Origin: Octopus sinensis
Taxonomy: Eukaryota
Assembly (NCBI RefSeq): GCF_006345805.1
Contig: NC_043005.1
Coordinates: forward strand, 15,128,001 to 15,192,000
Length of the DNA: 64,000 bases
Direction of reading: 5' to 3'
The stretch's first letter is position 1; each line of letters opens with the position of its first letter. This document shows positions 53,964-64,000 of this stretch, piece after piece. Position numbers and translations under genes: made by a program. The notes under the pieces were generated by a model. It was not told the DNA's origin and made no database searches. It saw nothing but the letters and a program-made list of their open reading frames with translations.

Positions 53964-54046
<83 letters not shown>
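53964..54046. repeat. (CT)n(AT)n compound microsatellite; other (TG)n/(TA)n tracts at 5070-5134, 5388-5432, 19733-19782, 24240-24360, 24745-24840 and 29730-30000
   Basis: Direct reading. Confidence 0.95.
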
Positions 54047-54049
<3 letters not shown>

Positions 54050-55377
54050 TTGAGCTAATTGTATTTCATATTACCAGGGCAGAGGGACCCTCTACCTAGC
54101 CACACTCGACATGCTGCCGAATCTCTATCATATTACAGATACGGTAATGTAATCCAACAAAAAAAGATGGAATAGTCACGGCTTGGATGCCTGAGATCAC
54201 AACTTTGGTGGATCATAGCAAACTTTGGCTAAACAACAAATATCGTACTAATTATGTCATTTTATTCACAACTGAATGCGCGTATTTGATATTAGAATTC
54301 AAGGGACGATACTCTGGAGTGATTAATCGCTGTCTTCAAATTTGCGCGAAATTTAATTTTAACCTCTTGCGTTAGGTGATTGAGTCTAGACACGTAGAGA
54401 ATAATTCTGGTGATAACAGCGATTAACTCTACTATTGCGTGATATTTACTTACAATTTAGTTGAGTTATTATTTTTAATCAGAGACAGCGTTAGTGACAA
54501 CTGGAGACGGATCCTTTAAAATGGTTTTACCCGGATATAAGCAAAACAAAAGAACTAAATGGTTAAGGAATGCAGTTTGAGATGTAAATTATAAAGGCAC
54601 ATGTTTCGTGCGCTAAGGTAACTAGCAAATCGCATGCACACGCATGTGTATTCGTACACTTTAATTAAATCGAGAAATAAGTCATTTCCTAAAAATTAAA
54701 CAGTTGTTAGTTTGGTGGCCAAACAATGATTCATAACGTAATTGTTCACGATCTGATATCCAAAATGTAAGGGCTACACACAGGCATTCCTCTGTATAGC
54801 TGCAATACATAGTAAATATGAATAAGTGTAAATATCCGCAAAGTGGAAATAAACTAGCACGTTTATTAAAACCACCGAGATAAATTTTTCTAATTGGAAT
54901 TTTTATGCTTACTTCGTAGAATAAGTTAACGTTAACTCAACTATTGAAATAATTTAGCATGTCGTAACGAAAAAAGAACGGAGTTGCTTTCCTTACAGTG
55001 TTAAGCAGAATAACAGAGATACTGAAAGATATATTAGAAATCTAAGTTACTTTGCACAAAAAGCATTTTTTAGATATGAACAAAGCAAACTAAACTATTC
55101 AAAATTAGCGGTACTTAAGCCATAATGATTTCTTACATAATTATTAAACTTAGATTTGGGAGAAGAGAGTATCGTTGATTAGATCAAGTATTATTTGACT
55201 GGCTAAAACCGGCCCTGTCGGAATTCGAAACCCTTTCTGCATCATAGAAATCACATTGATTTAAATGTAGCGTATTCTTTCATTTCATAATCAGAAAAAT
55301 GAAAGTCGAAATATTGATATTATTCAGCAATCTTCAGAGGAGCGAATCGAATAGGCAACCCTCCTTGATCTATTACT

Positions 55378-55660
55378 AAGGCCGGCTCAAGGTACCTATT
55401 TCTTTACTACCCACAAGGGGCTAAACATAGAGAGGACAAACAAGGACAGACAAACCGATTAAGTCGATTATATCGACTGGTACTTAATTTATCGACCCCG
55501 AAAGGATGAAAGGCAAAGTCGACCTCGGCGCGCCCGGGGCACCAAGTGCTAGGTGGCGTCAAGGAGGGCGTGACAGAGACAAGGAAATTCCCACGACTGT
55601 CAGCTTGTACACGCCGAAGCTCAGCTTGCCCGGGGCGCCAGCAACCCTAGGCCCGGCCCT
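55378..55660. mobile_element. GC-rich short TIR (Harbinger/hAT-like) MITE interrupted by a SINE B fragment (about 55395-55527)
   Basis: Ends aaggccggctc.. and ..ctaggcccggccct, with internal gcccggggc repeats. Similar short GC-rich elements lie at about 56085-56220 and 56590-56710. Confidence 0.5.
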
Positions 55661-57249
55661 ATCTATTATTATTGCTTTTCTTTTCTTTTTTTACAAAATA
55701 TTATCAGGATTCAACAGATATTTCAATTCCCCCTCCCCCATCAAGCAAAAGCATTTCAAATATTTACTTTTTTCTCTCTACAGTTCTTTTGTTTTTAACT
55801 TATTTGCTTTTCATCTTATCGGAATCAATAAAATAAAGTCTTAGAGTTATACATTAAAAAAGTATTGAGATTATAATTCTGACAAAAAAAAAATTCTTTT
55901 CTCAAAATTTCAATTTTTTTAATGCCAATTGCTTACAATAATTTTCCACTTTCATTCTGTGATCAGAAAACGAAAGAATGTCTAATGTACCACAGACAGC
56001 ACGTATTCTACAGTTTAAGTAACAACAGATGATGGTAAGTTCAATGAGCGTAGGCCAAAATGTTATACTACACAGGGCCGTCTTAGCATTACAAGCTCCG
56101 GGCAAATCAATGCACTATGCCCTAGAGTATTCTTTTATTAACGGCAAGCCACCGTATATTTAGATCACAATCGGGCTCCAAGACCCATGAGGCCTTCAGG
56201 CTAGTGTGCTCATGCCTTAAAACAGTATTGTAATTATACCACTTTGAATATTTGGTTCAAATTTCACCGGTGTTAATTATGACCAAATACAGGGTCAATC
56301 GAACCGACTACACCCGCTTCCTTAAAAGCTGTGGTCTCGTACCTATGTTAGAAACCATTATTGTTTCCGAAAACTCTACACGTGCGGGAAAGATGAACAA
56401 GGAAGGGAATTCAGAAGGTAGGTATCTTGGGAAGGAAGAATTGGTTGCAGTTATTGATTACTGCGGGACCTGATGTTGGGTAGGTGAACACGAGAGAGAT
56501 GAGAGACGAGTAGGATTGGAATGTCTGAGTTGAGATGACAAGGGCAAAACCAGTTTCATGTGGACAAATTATTTCTGAGTATCACAAGCACTGGGGGTGA
56601 GGGTGGCGGTCCATCTCGGGCGGCACTTTTCAACCTGTTGTAGGCACTGTGTTCTTTGTGGGGTCCGGGGGTGGCAAACGGAAGGGCACATACTCGAGTT
56701 ACGCTAGTGGTCGCAAGGGCTCTTTTTCTTCTCCAAATCGATTTGGAATTTATTAAATTCGTTGCATTTTCGTAGAATATTTGCTATTTCTCTGTCATGT
56801 GTATGGGCGATGGCGGATGTCTTAAGGGCTGTGAGTAGCAGAATCAATAGTGTTGGACAAAATACCTTGTGGTATTTAGTTACATTATTCTTTGAATATA
56901 AATCCCACCGATACCGACTTTGCTTTACTCTATCGATCGGTGGGATCAATAGAGTAAGTACCTGTCAAGCACTGGTACCGCTTTTACATATAGACTACCC
57001 GCTCCCCTAAAATTGCCTTGCGTCCAAGTTATAAATCTTTATATTTTATCACCCATTTAATTCTTTTTATTGTTAATCGTATAAAAGTTCTGCATAATAT
57101 GCCGAGAACTTTATTACTTGATCAAATACTTCCCATAGATAAAACAGAAGCAAAGCACTTATAAAATTCCCAGACTGTACGTTCCACAGTTGATTCAGTG
57201 AATTTAAATGACCGTAAAGAATGGTTTTATATATACAAGCTCGAACATT

Positions 57250-58399
57250 GATGTAGCAGTGGGAATACCGTTTTTTTTTTCTTTTTGAGAGCTTCGTTCC
57301 CTTGACAAGATAAGATACATAAACTCCGTTATCAATGTGATAAATGAATATGTTTTCATTATGAATAATAATACTGATAATATGTAAAAACAAAAAACAC
57401 GAACCAAAAAAAACCAGATGAGAAGAATGAAATGATATAAATAAAAGCATATTAATTAAGCTAATAAAATATTTCCTAGTTGCTTTCCCCAGTGAAACAG
57501 AAACAGAAAAAAGGGGGCGGTGTAGCGTAAATAGTTGGAAAGTGACAAAAACGTGAGAAAGAAACGAAGAGATGGGTTGAAAGAAAGCGTGACAGAGAGA
57601 ATAGAAGAAATAGAGAGACTATAAGGATGTTGGAGGAAGCAAGAAAATACAGATGGTGAAAGCGAGAGACAAGGTGTGACAGATGAATATAGGAAGTGAC
57701 AGGGAGATGAGTTTGTGTGAGTGTCAGAGTGAAGAGATCGGTGTGTATGTGCGAGAGAGAGAGGAAGAAAGAGAGAGAGAGAGAGAGAGAAGACATACAA
57801 ATAAACAAAAGTAAAGGAAAACTGTAAGCTAAAGGGGATGTATTTGTGTGGGAAAATAGAGAAAGAGAGGTAGGAAGGCCTATCAGTTGAAGAGGACTCC
57901 ACCTTCGATATTTCTCACATTTTTATTATTAATGGTTTTGCAGACGACATTCGTGTACTTCTTCATATGAACGACACACGATAACTGTTCATATATCTAA
58001 CATATTGTAGTCGTAATGTATGAAAACCTGGGAAAACATCAAGTTGAAATAACGTAAACATTATCCGCTGACAACACGCTTGCTTGGCGTGTTTGGTTTC
58101 ACCGCACTGAGCATGCGCAGCAAACTTTGACCCGTGACCTCCGCTGGTTGGTTGAGGTTATATTGACTGGTCATTTTCCCATGGTTTCCTTTTAAGTGAT
58201 ACGATACTTTTTCAGGAGAGGGGGGAACGAGAAACTCTGTTATGTGTATATTGATGAGAAGCAGAAAGAGGGAAGGAAAACTTTTTTTATTTCCTGCTAT
58301 GTTATGACAACAAAACTCTAACATTTTAGTGATTATCCCACACCTTCAACTTGATCACACATATCGACACACATACGCCCGCACATTTCATCCGCTTAT
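57250..58399 (+). promoter_or_regulatory. Putative fringe promoter/5' UTR with CSL(Su(H)/RBPJ)-type sites and an NRF1-like motif
   Basis: Transposon-free, CpG-retaining sequence. CGTGAGAAA at 57552-57560, TGTGGGAAA at 57847-57855, GTGGGAA at 57259-57265, TGAGCATGCGCA at 58108-58119. Confidence 0.5.
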
Positions 58400-59320
58400 A
58401 TGTCTCGGCTGTGTTGTTATTTTCATCAACTTGACGATTCGTCTTCAAATGCAGGTTGTCGAGACAATCAAAAGAGGGTGGCCATGCGCATCACCTTGCT
58501 AAAATCGGTACAGACAATTATTTATGTTGCTTGTTTTCTTTTCTTGAATTTTGTATATTTCGATTATTTTATGCCGAAATGGCCAAAAATTCCACCGAAG
58601 CAGGACCTGTTGAATGCTGACCATAAGTTTAAAAAATCAGCATCGAACAACGTTGGGAAGAAGATTTTAGTTGATTACGATGTGCAACCTAACAGCCAAC
58701 ATGTTCTACAAGAAAATGTTATAATCGTGGCCAGTCGCCTGTTAGAAATTGATAATGCGGAAAATAAAGGCGCAGACCAAGTACAAGTGAAAAACTTTTG
58801 GAGATTTAATCAACCTGTTGATTCCGGAGACACGCGCTCTCTTTTAGATCTTCAGACTAAAAGAAAACGTCGAAATGCCAATGTAATTTACATTGAATCC
58901 CCACTTGTTGCAATTTTGTCTGGGAAGCATCCAAACCAAGGAACTAATTTAGAACCTGTTCAGCAACGGAAAGTTGGAAGCCCAAAATCCGGCAGCAGTG
59001 GCGAGAAATCTAAAGTTGATAATCAGAGTGTATTCAAGGAGAAATTATACCCCAGTAAACTCAAAACAATTTTGAAAGTGCCAGACCCGGGACAATCCAA
59101 CAGTAAAAGCAGTTCGCTGTTGAAAAGACTACAGTCATCATCATTATCATCTTCAAGTTTAACTACATCGCAATCTAAGGTTTCGGCACTTCGGTTTAAT
59201 CTAAACACTAGACCTACAACTTTAAACGATATTTTTATTAGTGTTAAAACAACGGAAAAATTCCACGAAAGTCGACTGAAGATTCTCTTAGACACCTGGT
59301 TTCAATACGCTAAGGAACAG
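58400..59320 (+). CDS. fng: Fringe-family beta-1,3-N-acetylglucosaminyltransferase, coding exon 1 (type II membrane protein; probable start ATG 58484)
   Basis: The ORF ends in TTLNDIFISVKTTEKFHESRLKILLDTWFQYAKEQ, matching the start of the Fringe catalytic domain (D.FI.VKTT..FH..R...LL.TW). It has an N-terminal hydrophobic anchor (TIIYVACFLFLNFVYFDYF) and a Ser-rich stem with an RKRR motif. A phase-0 donor CAG|GTAAAT lies at 59320/59321. The DxD-containing exons are not seen in the window. Confidence 0.92.
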
Positions 59321-62300
59321 GTAAATATAAATTTAACTTTATTATTACACGGTCCTTTGCCTTAAAGTTTTCTTAGAGGTGTGCTGAGCTGCTAAATTCA
59401 AGGACAGACCTAATCCCACTTAGAGTTCAGAAAATTTAATATTTTTGATTGATTTATGACCATTATGATATTTCAAATTATTAACGTATTAAAGAAAATG
59501 TTCCCCGCCCCATTCATTTAGGTTCCCTATAATTCCATTTGGAACTCGTTTTTAGAAAGTATTTTTATAGTGAAATATAAAGAATATCCAACATCTTGAT
59601 AAGCTTATGAAAAACAAGTTTTACAATCACTTACATGAAACCTCGAACACAAGTTTTAGTGAAACTTAAAATTTCAGTCAGCAAAAAAAAAAAAAAAAAC
59701 TAATGACATTTAAAAATTCTAAGCTCGTTGTTAATTACCGGTAATTTTTTTGTAACACACCTACTTGGTAAATTATATATGTAAAGTTTATTTATAATTG
59801 ATAAGTTTACAAAAAAAAAAAAAAAGGAAAAATCATGTAAATAAACGGTCGTCATGTATGTATGCATGGATGTATGTATAGATAGTTGTGTGTCCGCTAC
59901 ATATGTATAATTGTGCATGATTTTATGTACTTCACTTGCTGAAATGCCTGTTGCACATACTGATATTTCGTTAAAAAGTGAATTGTGTTCGCCGTATATG
60001 TTGACACATATTTTCGCCTGTGTATATGTATTCTCAATCTATCTATCTATCTATCTATCTGTGTTATACACACACACACACGCACAAACAAACATGTTTG
60101 TGTGTGTGTGTGCGTATGTAATTGTCTCCTCACATGTACATACATATTTATTTGTGATTACACATCAGTTTAGTATTTATTTTGTGATTTTCTCCAATCA
60201 AACTCAACCAAACTTTCAAGTTACACTAATCGAATTTGTCAGCGAAGTCGTATAGGAACGAACGTTGCTTGTGGATATTCGGGTTCTTTTGGGAGTAGCT
60301 AACGAGCGGATCATATGTCAAATAAACTGCGAATTCTCATCGCGGAAATTTTATGTGTACCCATTTGTAAAAACAGTGGAAAAACGATTTTAATCGTCGA
60401 ATTTTATGCCCCGTTCATACTTTACCTACAGACATTAGTCGTATACATACAGTGATATGAGGGTAATCGAATCTCGTTTGAAAACTTGATTTCCGGGACG
60501 TGTGATTTGAACTTAATTTGTGTTGTCCTGTGCTGTTTTGGTTAAGGTGACTATCTCTCATAGCTTTCAACCTACTTATCTACCCACCCGCTGATCTTAG
60601 CCGTTTAAACTTATATCCCCCTTTAAGAATCGCTGTTCATATTTGTTTTCCGGTTTGATTAGTACGCTAATTTTTTTTTTTCAAAAACCCCATAAACTGA
60701 ATATAAGACGAAGTGTATTGAACCAGGAAAAATTAAGGCATGGCTCTCTCTGCCTATCCTCGGCCTGTTTTCTCTAAATAAAGGATAAGCCTATTTTCTT
60801 TATTGCCCTATGTCAGAATTTTAAAATTTCATTTACAGACATACAAATCAAGAGGGTGGGATTATATCAAGGCATTTTTCTCTATACACGGTCCTTTTTC
60901 AGCTTTGGTTCAGTGTAGACAAGCTGTTTAGAGTTTCGTCAGTTCTGATCCCACTGGATCAGGCTATGACTACCCTATTTTATTTCCAAACACTGTATCT
61001 ATGACTATATTGCTCAATGTGTTCTTGTTTTTAATGTGGTAGATTGTGGTTTGAGTGAGTGTTGGCTGTTATTTCTAAGACACACATGTACATAATTATT
61101 CTAATATAACTCTCGATATAGGTTTATGTGATGGATTAACCGCTTAATGCTCTAAGCAGAGCTAAAATAAATTTAATACACATGCAAGAAGCATTAGGAA
61201 GTACGAATATAAAAATTAGCATCCATATAATATATGGATAAATAATATATAAAGATAAATAAGGCCGGTCTATGGGATTATCCGGGTTTCACGTCCAGAA
61301 AGCGCTTAGCTTTACAACGTATCAGCACACCCGTGTGTGTGTGCGCGCGCCCACCCGTCCGTCCTTGTATAGCACGTTCCTCTTTTCTGTGTAGAGAGTT
61401 ATACAGGTTGAGATCTCTTATCACATTCTTATCGGTTTTAGTTAAGGTATGGTTTTGGAATTTCTGAACAATAGGCTTTACAAATAGGTACTTGTGTTCC
61501 CGTATTCACACATACTACTTATGCTGGTACTAAAATATCTCGGTCATGTGTATGGCCATTTTCATGACGAATTTTACAGAATGTTGTATAAGAATATCTT
61601 CGTAAATTTGTCTTCATATATTAAGGCATATATCGTTATCCAATCAAAATTTTCCTTTATTCTGCTTCCGCTCCTTATTTATTTATTTATTTTTTATTTG
61701 AAAGCGGTGGGCTCAGTTTTGGGGGTAGAGTTTTCGCATAAGCACAAGTTCCGGGTTGACATCTACATAGTCGATTTTCTCCTAATTCGGACGCAGAGCA
61801 TAAAAAGATGTAACTAAATACCGCGATTTTGCCATCCATTAACCTCTGTTTCTGAATAATAATAATAATAATAATAATAATGGTTTCAAATTTTGGCACA
61901 AGGCCAATAATTTCAAGGGGAGGGGGTAAGTCGATTACATTGACTCCAGTAATCAACTGGCACTTATTTTATCGATTCCAAAAGGATGAAAGGCAAAGTG
62001 GGCCTCGGCGGAATTTCAACTCGGAACGTAAAAACGAACGAAATGCCGCTAAGCATCTAGCTCGTTGTGCTAATGATTCTGCCTTTTCGCTACCTGAATA
62101 ATGATAATAATGGTTTCAAATTTTGGCACAAGGCCAATAATTTCGTGGGAGAGGGTAAGTCAATTACAATTCGATTCAATGCTCAACTGGTACTTATTTT
62201 ATCAAGCCTGAAAGGTTGACAGGCAAAGTCGACCTCAGCGGAATTTGAATACAGAACGTAAGGACGGACGAAATATCGCTTAGCAGTTTGCCCGGCGTGC

Positions 62301-64000
62301 TAATAATTCTTATTTCTTTATTGCCCACAAAGGGCTAAACATAGAGGGGACAAACAAGGACAGACAAAGGGATTAAGTCGATTACATCGACTCCAGTGCA
62401 TAACTGGTACTTAATTTGTCGACCCCGAAAGGATGAAAGGCAAAGTCGACTTCTGCGGAATTTGAACTGAGAACGTAAAGACTGACGAAATACCTATTTC
62501 TTTACTACCCACAAGGGGCTAAACACAGAGAGGACAAACAAGGACAGACAAACGGATTAAGTCGATTATATCGACCCCAGTGCGTAACTGGTACTTATTT
62601 AATCGACCCCGAAAGGCTGAAAGGCAAAGTCGACCTCGGCGGAATTTGAACTCAGAACGTAGCGGCAGACGATACTGCTAAGCATTTCGCCCAGCACGCT
62701 AACGTTTCTACCAGCTCACCGCCTTAAGGCCAACAATTTTTGGGGAAAGTAGATTACATTAACTCTCTATCCTCTCCAAAAACCCTCTCCAGAACCTTTG
62801 CTCAAGGACGGCGATTTTGAGGAAAGGGCTTAATTCATGCCATCGACCGCAACTGTTGTACTAACGCTGTACTCTGGCATCCACTACTATTAGTCAGCGT
62901 GTAAAGATGTGAAACAAATACCACAACGTATTTTATCCGACGCTCTGTCGATTTTACTAGCTTGCCGTCTTTGGTTTGTGATGTAGGTAATACAACGCTC
63001 GGCAGTTTTGAAGGGACACGATTAGTCCATTACATTGACCCCAGTACTTGACTGGGACTTTATTTTATCGACTTAGAAAAGGTGAAAGGCCAAGTTGACC
63101 TAAATGGGATTTGACCCCAGAGCCAGAAAAAAAATTCCAATGCATTTGTACAGACGCTCTAACGAGTCTGCCTTCTCGCCGCCATTTAAAATAATATTTA
63201 CGTTCCTTTCCACTAATAGGCACAAGACCTGAAATTTTAGGAGGATAATCGATTATAGTACTCAATTGATACTTGTTTTATTGACCTCGAAAAGATGAAA
63301 GGCAAAGTCGATCTTGGTGGAATTTGAACTCAGAACGTAAAGATGGACGAAATGCCACTAAGCGTTTTGCCGGCGCGGTAACGATTCTGCTGGCTCGCCG
63401 TCCTAACAGTTTCAAATATTGATTTCAAATTTGGAGGAGGGATAAGTCGATTACATCGATGCCAGTCATCAAATGGTACTTATTTTATCGACTCTAAAAG
63501 ATGAAAAGCGAAGTCGACATTGTAAAATTTGAACTCAGAACATAAAGACGAATCAAATAACGCTAAACATTTTGCTTGCTGTACTAACGATTCTGCCAGC
63601 TCGCCGCCTTAACGATTTAGAAATATTAATAATGAAAAATATATATTTTTAATTGTTTTGTTTCGATGATATGTAAGGAAAAGTTTTTTTTCTGTGAAAT
63701 TTATTCAATTATCGGAAACAAAATTATAGACACATAAATGAGAAGGTACTGTTCAAATAATCTTTCCTTCATAGTTTCAAGAAACAACGAACATCTTAAA
63801 ACTGAGGAAGCAAAATTGTGTAATTACAGCAAAAAAAAAAGCAAAAACGAAAGTAGTCATTGAGTTTTGATTACAAATATATTCATTGGTATAAAAGTTT
63901 TTGTTACAAAAGCTAGAAGCAATCATAATAGTTTCTTGTTTTTGGCATGAAAATCAAAGCAAAAATTTGGAAATTCTTTATTTCTGTCCTTGTATATGCG
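59321..64000 (+). other. fringe intron 1 (partial, over 4.6 kb)
   Basis: GT donor at 59321; Fringe similarity stops there. No downstream Fringe exon was recognised, and SINE copies fill the 3' part. Confidence 0.8.
61860..63615 (-). mobile_element. Cluster of at least 7 same-orientation SINE B and B-variant copies, including a dimer at 62311-62726
   Basis: Repeated gaaaggatgaaaggcaaagtcgac..gaatttgaactcagaacgta..gacgaaat motifs. Confidence 0.88.

Noticed and set aside
54480-54512. Minus-strand gtcactaacgctgtctctgat, reminiscent of Penelope-associated hammerhead ribozyme flanks
   Set aside because: No intact CTGANGA..GAAA core or stem II follows, and the resemblance rests on recollection only.
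59321-59365. Last 14 codons of ORF 58400-59365 (VNINLTLLLHGPLP)
   Set aside because: Read-through into intron 1 past the GT donor; Fringe similarity ends at 59320.

Overview
Eukaryotic, repeat-dense, AT-rich genomic DNA. The SINE, LINE and microsatellite content suggests an octopus (coleoid cephalopod); this is inferred from family resemblance, not from a search. Only one host gene is recognisable: the first coding exon of a fringe-family beta-1,3-N-acetylglucosaminyltransferase (Notch modifier) at 58400/58484-59320 (+), followed by intron 1 running past the window end. The rest is a nested transposon landscape. It includes five tRNA-derived or LINE-tailed SINE families (working labels A-E) and fragments of CR1, RTE and CRE-clade LINEs. 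It also holds a Gypsy pol scrap, Tc1/mariner relics, a Helitron-like element, a GG..CC MITE family with 8-bp TSDs, and long microsatellites including a 2.35-kb (CATA)n array. Nearly all ORFs in the supplied track are microsatellite, SINE or dead-transposon artefacts. I found no unequivocal new biological system. The best leads are: the MITE family with a paired empty and filled site and a telomere-like G4 motif, modular and dimeric SINEs, a CRE-clade relic, CSL sites upstream of fringe, and an apparent CpG transition near 41.7 kb. Repeat boundaries were read by eye and are approximate unless a TSD is given.
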